64,000 bases of DNA from Blastocatellia bacterium (GCA_035573895.1 DATLZR010000015.1:7387-71386); one strand, 5' to 3'; positions 10,572-19,993 are shown, counted from the stretch's first letter. Numbers and translations: made by a program. Notes: a model not told the origin generated them from the sequence alone.

Positions 10572-11054
10572 TTATCCTCGCCAGCTCAGCATCTGGATCA
10601 ACTCCGAACGAGCCAGATTCTCCTCCCGGCGAGCGGCACTCAGCTCCGCCACCGCCCGCTGGTACTGTTCCCGCAACTTCTCCGGGACACGAGGTCCGGC
10701 ATCCCGCGCCTGACAGTTCAAATCGCGGACCCGTTCGAGCGCCTCCCGGACCCGCTCGCGAGCCGCCAACAACCGCCGCATGAGACGGGCTAACACCTCC
10801 TGCCGCGTCTCGTAGCGGTAGGCAGCCTCTTCCTCCTCTTCCTCATACCCCTCTTCAGGAAGGTAGGCGGACTCCGCAGCCACTTCCTGAGCAACGGCCT
10901 GAGGCTCCTCCTCGACGTACTCCTCGACGGCTTCCTCGCCGTAGTAGTCGGCGTCGTCGTAGGGTTCGAGCGCTTCCGTGTAATCCTCGAGCGGCGCCGG
11001 TTCGACCGGTGCGACTTCCGGTTCCTCAACCTGATTTTTCTTTCGTCGTGGCAT
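10572..11054 (-). CDS. Acidic Glu/Tyr-rich protein with basic coiled-coil C-terminus (hypothetical), between dnaK and cbpA
   Basis: I chose the internal ATG at 11054 (MPRRKKNQVEEPEV...), preceded by a GGAGGG RBS. The longer track ORF would overlap the dnaK 3' end. No GrpE-like beta domain. Confidence 0.45.
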   Translation of the reverse strand: MPRRKKNQVEEPEVAPVEPAPLEDYTEALEPYDDADYYGEEAVEEYVEEEPQAVAQEVAAESAYLPEEGYEEEEEEAAYRYETRQEVLARLMRRLLAARERVREALERVRDLNCQARDAGPRVPEKLREQYQRAVAELSAARREENLARSELIQMLSWRG

Positions 11055-11085
11055 TCGTGATTTTCCCTCCTCTCTTGTTGAAATT

Positions 11086-12975
11086 TCAGTTGCTCGGCTT
11101 AAATTCGGCATCAATGACATCATCGGACGATGTGCTGGAACCGGACGATCCCGAAGCTCCCGCACCTGCCGATGTCGCTTGACTATAGGCAGCCGCTGCA
11201 ATCGCATGAGCGACCTGCTGGAGGTCGGACGTCAGTTGACGAATTCGCTCAATTCCCGCCTCCTCTTTGATGGCCTGACGAATCTGGCTGATGAGATCTT
11301 CGGCGCGAGCGCGTTCGTGAACCGGAACCTTGTCGCCCAGGTCGCGCAAAGTCCGCTCGACCTGATAGGCCAGACTGTCGGCTTGATTGCGCGCCTCGAC
11401 CAGCTCGCGCTTCCTCTTGTCCTCTTCGGCATACATCTGAGCGTCCCGGATCATGCGCTCGATCTCTTCCTTGGAGAGCTGGGTCGAGCCGGTGATGGTG
11501 ATCTTTTGCTCCCGACCCGTCGCTTTATCCCGCGCGGTCACATTGAGAATTCCGTTGGCATCAATGTCGAAAGTCACCTCGATCTGAGGGATGCCGCGAG
11601 GAGCCGGAGCGATTCCCTCCAGCCGGAACCGACCGAGCGTGCGATTGTCCCGAGCCATCTCGCGCTCTCCCTGAAGAACGTGGATGTCCACGGCCGTTTG
11701 ATTGTCCTCAGCAGTGGTGAAGATCTCCGTGCGACGGACGGGAATCGTCGTGTTCCGCTCGATGATGCGGGTCATCACACCACCGAGGGTCTCAACGCCG
11801 AGACTGAGCGGCGTCACGTCGAGCAGCAAGACTTCCTTCACCTCTCCGGCCAGGACGCCCGCCTGAATCGCTGCGCCAACAGCGACCACCTCATCGGGAT
11901 TGACCGATTGATTCGGCTCCTTGCCCAGCAGCCGACGGACGAGTTGCTGGACGGCGGGCATGCGGGTCGCTCCTCCGACGAGGATCACCTCGTCAATCTG
12001 ATTCTCGGACAATTTCGCATCGGCCAGGGCTTGCTTGACCGGTCCCACGCATCGCTCGACGAGATCGGCCGTGAGCTGTTCGAATTTCGAGCGCGTCAGC
12101 TTCATCTCCAGGTGCTTCGGTCCGTACGCATCGGCCGTGATGAAGGGAAGACTGATGGTCGTCTCCATCACCGACGACAGCTCGATCTTCGCTTTCTCCG
12201 CCGCTTCGGTCAGCCGCTGCAGCGCCTGGCGATCCTTGCGCAGATCAATGCCGTGCTCGCGCAAAAATTCTTCGGCCATCCAGTCAACGATCCGCTTGTC
12301 AAAATCGTCCCCGCCAAGATGCGTATCGCCGCTGGTGGCCTTCACCTCGAACACCCCATCTCCCACCTCCAGGATGGAGACATCGAAGGTTCCGCCTCCC
12401 AGATCGAAGACGAGGATCGTCTCGTTCTTCTTCTTGTCCAGTCCATAGGCCAATGCCGCGGCCGTCGGTTCGTTGATGATTCGCAGCACATTCAGACCAG
12501 CGATCTTGCCCGCATCGCGCGTGGCTGAGCGCTGGGCATCATTGAAATAGGCCGGCACGGTGATGACGGCATCGGTGACCTTCTCGCCGAGGTAGCGCGA
12601 CGCCTCATCGGCCAGTTTCCGCAAGACCATGGCGGAAATCTCCTCGGGGGCGTAGAGCTTGCCCATCACCTCAAACCGAACAGCATCGTTCGGCCCGGGA
12701 ACGACCTTGTAGGGGACGTTCCGAATCTCGCTGGTGACCTCGGTGTAGCGTCGCCCGATGAACCGTTTCACCGAATAGAGGGTGTTCTCCGGGTTCAAGA
12801 TCGCCTGACGCTTGGCGAGTTGCCCGACCAACCGCTCGCCCGTCTTGGTGAAGGCGACGACCGATGGCGTCGTCCGCCCCCCCTCGCTGTTGACGATCAC
12901 GGTCGGTTTTCCTCCCTCCATGATCGCCACCACGGAGTTTGTCGTTCCTAGATCAATGCCAATTGCCTTCGCCAT
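11086..12975 (-). CDS. dnaK: Molecular chaperone DnaK (Hsp70)
   Basis: 629 aa. [27 protein letters not shown], typical Hsp70 substrate-binding and lid regions. GAGGAGG RBS. Confidence 0.97.
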   Translation of the reverse strand: MAKAIGIDLGTTNSVVAIMEGGKPTVIVNSEGGRTTPSVVAFTKTGERLVGQLAKRQAILNPENTLYSVKRFIGRRYTEVTSEIRNVPYKVVPGPNDAVRFEVMGKLYAPEEISAMVLRKLADEASRYLGEKVTDAVITVPAYFNDAQRSATRDAGKIAGLNVLRIINEPTAAALAYGLDKKKNETILVFDLGGGTFDVSILEVGDGVFEVKATSGDTHLGGDDFDKRIVDWMAEEFLREHGIDLRKDRQALQRLTEAAEKAKIELSSVMETTISLPFITADAYGPKHLEMKLTRSKFEQLTADLVERCVGPVKQALADAKLSENQIDEVILVGGATRMPAVQQLVRRLLGKEPNQSVNPDEVVAVGAAIQAGVLAGEVKEVLLLDVTPLSLGVETLGGVMTRIIERNTTIPVRRTEIFTTAEDNQTAVDIHVLQGEREMARDNRTLGRFRLEGIAPAPRGIPQIEVTFDIDANGILNVTARDKATGREQKITITGSTQLSKEEIERMIRDAQMYAEEDKRKRELVEARNQADSLAYQVERTLRDLGDKVPVHERARAEDLISQIRQAIKEEAGIERIRQLTSDLQQVAHAIAAAAYSQATSAGAGASGSSGSSTSSDDVIDAEFKPSN

Positions 12976-13024
12976 CGTGGTTCCTCCTCACTGAGGTTGA
13001 TCTCCAAGGCCCTGACCGGAAGCC

Positions 13025-13267
13025 TCACGTCGCCCCTCGCGTCGAACGCGACTTCCGGCTCACCGGCTTCTCACTCGCGGGCCTCTCATAGGGAATTCTG
13101 TCGTGAATGAGTTCCTTGAAGGCTTGATTTATCGCCCAGGAAACTCCCGGAGCATCCTGGTGCCGCACCAACTGCTTCGCTCGCTTGGAAACGAGCGTGC
13201 AGATTAAATAGCGGCTGTCCATTTTCGCAATAGCCTCCTCGACGAGCTGTTCTCTCGTGTCAGCCAT
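13025..13267 (-). CDS. rpoZ: DNA-directed RNA polymerase omega subunit-like protein
   Basis: 80 aa. KMDSRYLICTLVSKRAKQL matches the RpoZ core (xxNRFxLVxxAAKRARQL). Strong RBS AGGAGGAG. Confidence 0.55.
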   Translation of the reverse strand: MADTREQLVEEAIAKMDSRYLICTLVSKRAKQLVRHQDAPGVSWAINQAFKELIHDRIPYERPASEKPVSRKSRSTRGAT

Positions 13268-13336
13268 AACTCACTCCTCCTACTTTCGTCCTCCGACTCG
13301 GTTATATCCCCGCGCCTTGCAGGCCACCCTGAGCCA

Positions 13337-13343
13337 TTATACA
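13337..13343 (-). promoter_or_regulatory. Consensus TATAAT (TGTATAAT) at the hsp20 stop codon: possible internal promoter for rpoZ-dnaK
   Basis: The minus strand reads CATGTATAATGG, overlapping the hsp20 TAA stop. A perfect -10 hexamer in a 65% GC background. The -35 candidate is weak (TTCGGA). Confidence 0.25.
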
Positions 13344-13780
13344 TGATTCCCCTCCCCAGTCCGAACCGGAATACGACGGCGTCGCTTGGGCACCCGCAAA
13401 AGCAAAATGCCATCGTTCAGCTCCGCGCTGATCCGGGTGGGATCAACATCTTCGGGAAGCAGAAAGGTCCGAGAAAAATCCCCATACGGCCATTCAATGT
13501 GACGCAAGCGCGCCTTCTGCCATGGCCCCACCAGACGGCGGCCGTCAATGGTTAACTTCCTCCCTTCAACCTTAACCTGAAGGGATTCCCGGTCAACTCC
13601 GGGAAGGTCAACCATAACGGCCATCTCCTCGTCCCCAATGAAGATATTGGCAGGAGGGGAAAATCCTGCAGTATCCGACTGCACCCGGCGCTGTGACACG
13701 CCGGCGAACCACTGATCAGTCCTCACAAGCCGTACGCTTGCGAGATCCTCGACCGGATGAATGCTCTGAACTTTGACCAT
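13337..13780 (-). CDS. Hsp20/alpha-crystallin family small heat shock protein
   Basis: 147 aa. Alpha-crystallin domain pattern (MVDLPGVDRESLQVKVEGRKLTIDG...AELNDGILLLRVPK). Confidence 0.85.
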   Translation of the reverse strand: MVKVQSIHPVEDLASVRLVRTDQWFAGVSQRRVQSDTAGFSPPANIFIGDEEMAVMVDLPGVDRESLQVKVEGRKLTIDGRRLVGPWQKARLRHIEWPYGDFSRTFLLPEDVDPTRISAELNDGILLLRVPKRRRRIPVRTGEGNHV

Positions 13781-13832
13781 CGCTCGGCACCTCTACACGC
13801 TGATCTACTTAAGCCGATCTGTAGAATAAAAT

Positions 13833-13851
13833 ATGAGTCCCATTTTGTCAA
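13833..13851 (-). promoter_or_regulatory. HAIR-like operator overlapping the hsp20 promoter (-35 TTGACA)
   Basis: Minus-strand reading TTGACAAAATGGGACTCAT. The TTGACA doubles as a -35, with a TATTCT-like -10 17 nt downstream. Lies in the AT-rich 217-bp intergenic region. Confidence 0.5.
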
Positions 13852-13933
13852 TATGAGGACGAAAATTTTCATCCCTCGAAGCCCAAACCAATGGAAGCTC
13901 TCCGATAAATAATGAAGCATTGCTCCGACTAAA

Positions 13934-13954
13934 CTTGACAAAAAGAGACTCACA
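13934..13954 (+). promoter_or_regulatory. HAIR-like operator (CTTGACA-N7-ACTCACA) overlapping the hspR promoter
   Basis: Matches CTTGAGT-N7-ACTCAAG at 10/14 positions. Near-identical to the inverted copy at 13833..13851 (TTGACAAAA.G.GACTCA shared). The TTGACA serves as a -35, with a TAGCAT-like -10 downstream. Confidence 0.5.
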
Positions 13955-13997
13955 TATTAGCATAAGGACGGCCTTTCGAGATGGGAGGTGCCAAACA

Positions 13998-14483
13998 ATG
14001 CGGGGCGTGAGCAAAAAGCGAAAAGAAAAAGGATACACCATTAGCGCCGTGGCCGAAGCCTATGGGATTCACCCTCAAACTCTTCGGCTCTACGAACGCC
14101 ATGGCTTGCTCAAGCCGTCCCGCTCCAAAGGGAATACCCGCTACTATTCGGAAGCCGACCTTCGCTCCCTGGAGCTGATCCTGACGTTGACCCGAGATCT
14201 GGGCGTCAATCTCGCGGGTGTGGAAGTGATTCTCAACATGCGGCGGAAGATGGATGCCTTACAGAAGGAAGTGCAGCGATTCATCGAGTACTTACGGGCG
14301 GAGGTTGGAGAACGATTGGCCAATCAGGCAGCCGCCAAGTTTGCGCTTGTCCCCCTGGGACAGACGCCGATAGTCACGATCGAGGAGGACCGGTCGGCGA
14401 TCTTCGAGGGAGATGCGACCCTAGTAGAGGAAGACAATCATACATCGAAAGGAGGTGAGATCTTATTAGCAAAGAAGACATGA
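13998..14483 (+). CDS. hspR: MerR-family heat-shock repressor, HspR-like
   Basis: I chose the ATG at 13998 ([40 protein letters not shown]...), preceded by a GGGAGG RBS. MerR HTH plus coiled-coil. The longer track ORF starts at 13920. The stop overlaps infA. Confidence 0.7.
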   Translation: MRGVSKKRKEKGYTISAVAEAYGIHPQTLRLYERHGLLKPSRSKGNTRYYSEADLRSLELILTLTRDLGVNLAGVEVILNMRRKMDALQKEVQRFIEYLRAEVGERLANQAAAKFALVPLGQTPIVTIEEDRSAIFEGDATLVEEDNHTSKGGEILLAKKT

Positions 14484-14689
14484 TTCCTGTTGACGCGACC
14501 GTCATCGAGGCGCTCCCCAATGCGACATTCCGGGTGAAGCTCGATGGCAATGGTCACGAAGTTTTGGCCCATCTCTCGGGCAAAATGAGGAAGAACTACA
14601 TTCGAGTCCTGCCGGGAGACCGAGTTCAAGTAGAGCTGTCACCCTACGATTTAACACGCGGACGGATCACCTACCGGTACAGCAAGTGA
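14480..14689 (+). CDS. infA: Translation initiation factor IF-1
   Basis: 69 aa with an S1-like OB fold ([50 protein letters not shown]). ATGA overlap with the hspR stop. Confidence 0.95.
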   Translation: MIPVDATVIEALPNATFRVKLDGNGHEVLAHLSGKMRKNYIRVLPGDRVQVELSPYDLTRGRITYRYSK

Positions 14690-14691
14690 CG

Positions 14692-15456
14692 TCATTCCCC
14701 TGTGATGAGGTCCCACTGGGCGGCGAGGGCTGTGCAAAATTCGCTAAGCTCGATGTGAAGGACCACGTCGGCGATGTCATCGTAAGGTGTGGGCTCGCGG
14801 TTGACGATGATAATTTTGGCACCTGCCTCTCGCGCCCGGCGGGGAAGTTCCGCTGCTGGATAGACAACCAACGACGAGCCCAGAACCATTAAAAGATCAC
14901 ATTGTGCGACGACCTCGAGAGCGCGAGCCAAGACCTCTCCTGGGAGCGGATCGCCAAACAGCACGAGGTCGGGTTTGAGGATGCCGCCACAGCCACACCG
15001 TGGCGGAAGATCTTTCGGGTTTCCCCGAGCCAGCACCTCAGCCAGACCGATGCTCTGCCCGCAACGCGTGCACCGGCACTGCCGATAGGTTCCATGAAGC
15101 TCAATGACGGAAGTGGAACCGGCCGCCTGGTGAAGCCCGTCAATGTTTTGCGTGATGATCCACCGGAGTTTCCCCGCCTGTTCCAGGCGAACGAGAAGCC
15201 GATGCGTCTCCGTCGGACGGGCCGCTAGCAATGAGGGAAGAAGCGTGAGGGCTGTTTCGTAGAACTTTTTGGGGAACAACCGAAATCCCCAGGCGCTCAG
15301 ACGCGCCATCGCCTGGGGATCACTCCATAATCCCGTCGGGCTCCGGAAGTCGGGAATACCGGCATCGGTACTCACGCCCGCTCCGGTCAGAGCTGCCGTC
15401 CGGGATGACTGCCGGATCAGTTCGATGGCACGAGTGATCGTCATCGGCTCATCCAA
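14692..15456 (-). CDS. cobB: NAD-dependent protein deacylase (Sir2 family)
   Basis: 254 aa. GAGVSTDAGIPDFR, and a Zn-binding CxxC...CxxC pair (CRCTRCG...CGCGG). Confidence 0.9.
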   Translation of the reverse strand: MDEPMTITRAIELIRQSSRTAALTGAGVSTDAGIPDFRSPTGLWSDPQAMARLSAWGFRLFPKKFYETALTLLPSLLAARPTETHRLLVRLEQAGKLRWIITQNIDGLHQAAGSTSVIELHGTYRQCRCTRCGQSIGLAEVLARGNPKDLPPRCGCGGILKPDLVLFGDPLPGEVLARALEVVAQCDLLMVLGSSLVVYPAAELPRRAREAGAKIIIVNREPTPYDDIADVVLHIELSEFCTALAAQWDLITGE

Positions 15457-15483
15457 TGAGTCTCGTCCGCATCGGCCGCAACA

Positions 15484-16737
15484 TTACCCCGCGAGGCGGT
15501 TGAGAACGAGCACTCCATCATTAATCACCACGAGAATATCTTGAAGAGCTGTAATATCAGCCAGCGGATCGGCATCAACGACGACGAGATCGGCTTCGAG
15601 TCCAGGTCGGATGGTTCCGGTGCGCTGGTCTATTCCCAGACAGGCGGCGGCAACCGATGTTGCCGCTCGTATGGCTTCAAGGGGCGGCATTCCGATAGCA
15701 ACGAGTTCAATCACCTCATGAGGCATCCGTCGAATGGAGGCAGGACCGTAGCCGGTGTCGGTCCCGGCGATGACTCTCACTCCCATTTTCCAGGCACGCG
15801 CCGTCGTCTCGCGCACGCGAGGCAGCATAGCCCGTCCGCGAATGGCCAGCAGGGGATTGTCATAATCGCCCCCGGGATCGGTCAGGTCAACGACCGTTGC
15901 GATTGTCGGAACGAGGCAGGTTCCTCGCTCCTTCATCAGAGCCAGCGTTTCTGTGCTGAGATAGGTTCCATGTTCGATTGTTCGCACGCCGGCGCGAACA
16001 GCCGCCCGCGCCCCCTCATCGCCATGAGCATGTGCCGCGACAGTCCGACCGAGTCGCCGCGCCTCTTCCACAGCAGCAACGAGTTCTTCTTCTGAATAGA
16101 CGCGCTTTCTCGGATCCGTCTCCGGCAATCCCGCTCGTTCTGTGGCCATGATCTTGATGGTGTCCGCTCCCCGCTCAATCAACGCGCGAACCATACGGCG
16201 CACGTTCACTGGTCCGGTGACGCCCGACATCAGGTCATTCAGAGTGGGGAGGTCAAGGAAGAACTCATCTGCCGGTCGGGGTCGAACATGGTATCCGGAA
16301 GCAATAATGTCGGGAAGATCTGCGACGCCGGCTCGATGAAGCTCACGCAATCCGACATCCACAAAATGGCTCACTCCAAGCGATCGCGCCGTCGTCACTC
16401 CCGACCGCAGAGCTGTTCGCGCTGCCGCCATCGTCCCGATATGCACATGAGCATCAATGAAACCGGGTAGCACCCATCGTCCCTTGAGATCAATGATTGT
16501 CGCCGAGGGAGGGATCTCGACGGTCCGGGTCGCGATTTGTTCGATTCGCCCCTGACGAATGATGATCGTCGCGTCACGAATTGGCTCGCGGGACTCCCCA
16601 TCAATGATGTTGGCGTGGGTGAGAACGAGGACCGGTTGCTGTTGCGCCTGCTGGTCCGGCAACCGAGAACTCGTCACCCCGAGGATGAGACAGGCTACGA
16701 GTCCAGTGATGCTTCTACATCGACTGGTATTTTTCAT
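15484..16737 (-). CDS. Secreted metal-dependent amidohydrolase (amidohydrolase superfamily, Xaa-Pro dipeptidase/imidazolonepropionase-like)
   Basis: I chose the ATG at 16737 after a GGAGGTG RBS, giving a signal peptide MKNTSRCRSITGLVACLILGVTSS. The longer track ORF runs to 16806. Motifs LPGFIDAHVHIG and the HxH...H..D pattern. Confidence 0.75.
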   Translation of the reverse strand: MKNTSRCRSITGLVACLILGVTSSRLPDQQAQQQPVLVLTHANIIDGESREPIRDATIIIRQGRIEQIATRTVEIPPSATIIDLKGRWVLPGFIDAHVHIGTMAAARTALRSGVTTARSLGVSHFVDVGLRELHRAGVADLPDIIASGYHVRPRPADEFFLDLPTLNDLMSGVTGPVNVRRMVRALIERGADTIKIMATERAGLPETDPRKRVYSEEELVAAVEEARRLGRTVAAHAHGDEGARAAVRAGVRTIEHGTYLSTETLALMKERGTCLVPTIATVVDLTDPGGDYDNPLLAIRGRAMLPRVRETTARAWKMGVRVIAGTDTGYGPASIRRMPHEVIELVAIGMPPLEAIRAATSVAAACLGIDQRTGTIRPGLEADLVVVDADPLADITALQDILVVINDGVLVLNRLAG

Positions 16738-17094
16738 ATCCCCCACCTCCTGAATCCCGATTGCTTTTACGTCCTCGGCCATAATCGCTTCTCTCCGAGC
16801 TTTCACTCGGATGGCCGCTCATGAAGCGACAGAGGGCGGCGAGTCGAATCTTTTTCTCCACGTCCACCTATGCGAGTTGAACGGCTCTACTCGACGGCGG
16901 CCAATTCTATTTCTCATGGACGGCGCGGGTCAAGACCATTGTGTTGGAGGAGAGCCCTTTCCATCTCTTGAATTTTGAACGCGGTTCCTGGTGACCTCGC
17001 CGATACGCTAAAATACAAATTCCGGCGTGCGATGTTCCGCCGGGCGTGTCGGTCGGAAACGACACCCCGGTGCCGACGAGGAGGGGAAAAGGTC

Positions 17095-17703
17095 ATGGCG
17101 ACAAAAGCGGCACTGGTCATTGTTGATGTACAGAACGATTTCTTACCGGGAGGATCCCTCGCGGTCCCGCAAGGGGATGAAGTGATTCCAGTCCTCAATC
17201 GCTACATCTCTCTTTTCCGGCAACGGCACCTCCCGATCTACTTCACGCGTGACTGGCATCCGCCAGAAACGCGCCATTTCCGGTCCGGAGGAGGGGTGTG
17301 GCCGCCGCATTGCGTTCAGGGAACGGTGGGCGCTGAGTTTCATCCGGAACTTCATATTCCATCAGATGCAGTGATCATCTCCAAGGGAATGGACCCTGAG
17401 GAAGACAGCTACTCTGCTTTTCAAGGCAAGACGGCCGAGGGGATGGATTTCCTCGATGAGTTGAAACGGCGTGGGATTGACCATCTTTATGTCGGAGGAT
17501 TAGCCACGGATTATTGTGTACGCTTTACGGTCCTCGATGCACGACGCGCCGGTTTCGGCGTCACCGTTTTGGAGGATGGCATCCGGGGCGTGGACCTTCA
17601 GTCGGGCGATTCGCAGCGGGCGTTGGAGGAAATGAAGGGAGCGGGAGCCCAGTCGGCTCGCTTTGAGGATGTGAGCCGGGAGCTTTCACGAGATGAGGTT
17701 TAA
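17095..17703 (+). CDS. pncA: Nicotinamidase/pyrazinamidase (isochorismatase family)
   Basis: I chose the ATG at 17095 after a GAGGAGGGGAAAAGG RBS (MATKAALVIVDVQNDFLPGGSLAV...). The longer track ORF starts at 16975. Catalytic D/K/C pattern (DVQNDF, ...K..., DYCVRFT). Confidence 0.85.
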   Translation: MATKAALVIVDVQNDFLPGGSLAVPQGDEVIPVLNRYISLFRQRHLPIYFTRDWHPPETRHFRSGGGVWPPHCVQGTVGAEFHPELHIPSDAVIISKGMDPEEDSYSAFQGKTAEGMDFLDELKRRGIDHLYVGGLATDYCVRFTVLDARRAGFGVTVLEDGIRGVDLQSGDSQRALEEMKGAGAQSARFEDVSRELSRDEV

Positions 17704-17835
17704 CGCCGAATCGAGCGAGGGGGCGAGGGCTTCCCTTCTCAGTTCGGAGGACGATCGAAAAAACTTCAGGGACGTGGGGACGGTTCCCCTCTTCGAGGCC
17801 TCATTGTGATAAAAGGTGAGCGGTTTCACCGTTGC

Positions 17836-17865
17836 TTGACAATCGAGAAACCGAGGTTGTACATT
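17836..17865 (+). promoter_or_regulatory. Putative sigma70-type promoter for rpsA (TTGACA-18-TACATT)
   Basis: TTGACA at 17836..17841, an 18-nt spacer, TACATT at 17860..17865, about 90 nt upstream of the rpsA start. Confidence 0.4.
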
Positions 17866-17954
17866 TGGCGCCTGCAATAAGGTGGGTTTGAGTGAGAAAA
17901 CCTGAGACAATCCACCTTAAACGCGAAAAATTGAACGAACGAGGGATTTCGGGA

Positions 17955-19700
17955 ATGGATGTCAATAATATGGAGCACGCCGCAGGAGATGCGCAGACGC
18001 TTGTTTCCTCTCCTGCTCCCACGGAATCTGACTCTCCCGCTTCAGCCGAGACCTTCGGGGCCCTTCTGGGAGCCTATGAAGAGCAGGTGACGCTGACTGT
18101 CGGTCAGCTTCTCACCGGCAAGGTGATCACCATCAACGAGGACATCGCGGTCATTGACATCGGGTACAAGACCGAAGGAACGGTCCCCGCTGAGGAGCTA
18201 AAGCAAGCCGTTCAGGAAATCGGCGTGGGCGATGAGATCCCCGTCCTGGTCAAACAGGTCGAAAGTCCCGATGGCTACGTCAAGCTCTCCTACGTGGAAG
18301 CTCTCCGCAAAGTCGCCTGGGAGATGGTAGAGGAAGCGGCGAAGACGGGGACTCCGGTCAAGGGTCGAATCACCGAACGCATCAAGGGCGGTCTGAGGGT
18401 CAACCTCGGTGGATTGGACGCCTTCTTGCCGGCCAGTCAGGTTGACCTTCGTCAGGTGCGCAACTTTGAATCCTGGCTTGGTAAGAATATTGAAGCCAAG
18501 GTCATCAAGATCAACAAGCGCCAGAGGAATGTGGTGCTGTCCCGCCGCGCGATTCTCGAGGAGGAACAGAATCGTCGCAAAGCGGAGATCCTCTCCGAAC
18601 TCGAAGAAGGTTACATCGTCGAAGGGAAGATCAAAAGCTTCGCCGATTATGGGGCGTTTGTGGATCTCGGCGGGGTGGACGGACTGCTCCACATCACCGA
18701 CATCTCCTGGAAGAAAATCAGCCACCCGAAGGACGTTTTCACGGTGGGAGAAGTCGTCCAGGTCAAGATCCTCAAGCTGGACCGGGAATCGGGGCGCATC
18801 AATTTAGGCTACAAACAGCTCATGCCGGATCCCTGGGATACGGTGGCCGAGCGATTCCCGCCCGGATCGCGAGTCGCGGGCAAGGTGACGCGCCTGACCA
18901 ACTACGGCGCCTTTGTGGAAATCGAGGATGGAATTGAGGGTCTCATCCACATCTCTGAGATGACCTGGGACAAACGCCCTAAGCACCCCTCCAAGTATGT
19001 CAAAGTCGGCCAGGAGGTGGTGGTCGAAGTGCTGCAGGTGGATACGCCCAACCGGCGACTCAGTTTGAGCCTGCGGCAACTGGAACCCGACCCCTGGAAG
19101 CTTTTTGCTGAAACCCATTCGGAAGGCGCCCGGGTTCGGGGCCGCGTCCGAGGATTGGTTGATTTCGGAGTTTTCGTCGAGGTCGAAAGAGGGATTCAGG
19201 GATTGGTTCACATCACGGACCTCTCCCGACGGCGCGTCAAGCACCCGTCGGAAATCGTGAAGAAGGGTCAAGAAGTTGAAGCAATCGTCAAAGAGATTGA
19301 TCTGAACGCCCGACGGCTCAGCCTCTCGATGAAGGAGCTGGAACCGGATCCGTGGCAGGAGTTTTTTGAACAGCATCGCACCGGTGACATCGTCAAAGGC
19401 CGGGTGGTGCGGTTCGCCACCTTTGGTGCCTTCATTGATCTGGGCAACGGTGTGGAAGGACTCTGTCACATCTCGGAGCTTGCCGACGAGCATATCGCCA
19501 AGCCCGAAGAGGCCGTCAATATCGGGGATGAGCTGGAGTTTCGCATCCTCAAACTCGATCCCGCGCAAAAGCGCATCGGCCTCTCGGCACGAGCGGCCCG
19601 CAAAGGAAGCGAGCCGACATTCGTCTTGGGTGAAGATACGGGTCGCATCGCCAGCCTCGGTGAGCTGACGCAACTGGGCAAAGAGAAAATCGAAGAGTGA
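17955..19700 (+). CDS. rpsA: 30S ribosomal protein S1
   Basis: Six tandem S1 domains (repeated GxV.GxVxxxxxFGAFVxl motifs). Start is uncertain: 17955 (MDVNNMEHA, GAGGGA RBS) or the upstream track ATG at 17892. Confidence 0.9.
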   Translation: MDVNNMEHAAGDAQTLVSSPAPTESDSPASAETFGALLGAYEEQVTLTVGQLLTGKVITINEDIAVIDIGYKTEGTVPAEELKQAVQEIGVGDEIPVLVKQVESPDGYVKLSYVEALRKVAWEMVEEAAKTGTPVKGRITERIKGGLRVNLGGLDAFLPASQVDLRQVRNFESWLGKNIEAKVIKINKRQRNVVLSRRAILEEEQNRRKAEILSELEEGYIVEGKIKSFADYGAFVDLGGVDGLLHITDISWKKISHPKDVFTVGEVVQVKILKLDRESGRINLGYKQLMPDPWDTVAERFPPGSRVAGKVTRLTNYGAFVEIEDGIEGLIHISEMTWDKRPKHPSKYVKVGQEVVVEVLQVDTPNRRLSLSLRQLEPDPWKLFAETHSEGARVRGRVRGLVDFGVFVEVERGIQGLVHITDLSRRRVKHPSEIVKKGQEVEAIVKEIDLNARRLSLSMKELEPDPWQEFFEQHRTGDIVKGRVVRFATFGAFIDLGNGVEGLCHISELADEHIAKPEEAVNIGDELEFRILKLDPAQKRIGLSARAARKGSEPTFVLGEDTGRIASLGELTQLGKEKIEE

Positions 19701-19949
19701 GCAGCTCTTGATCGAGGGCCTTCGCCTAGGACCAATCGCACCTGCGGTTGCGGACGAGCGGGATTCTTGGCATTCCATCTGGATTCTTCACGGAGCAGGG
19801 GCGGCGGAAAAAAGTTAGCGGGGCTTTCGACTCGGCGAAGCTGGCCCTACGCTTTTTGAAAAAATTTTTCCGCTCAGGCAACCAACCAACCGGGCAGGGA
19901 ATCCAAGCAGGCGACCACGTACCACCACGAATACCTCCTTAGTTTGGGT

Positions 19950-19993
19950 GGGGTGAGCCAAGCGACCTGAAAGCGGCTCACCCTTTTTTCTTT
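19950..19993. terminator. Rho-independent terminator between convergent rpsA and the aminotransferase gene
   Basis: GGGTGAGCC ... GGCTCACCC 9-bp stem followed by TTTTTTCTTTTT on the + strand. An A-run on the other strand could act bidirectionally. Confidence 0.6.
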
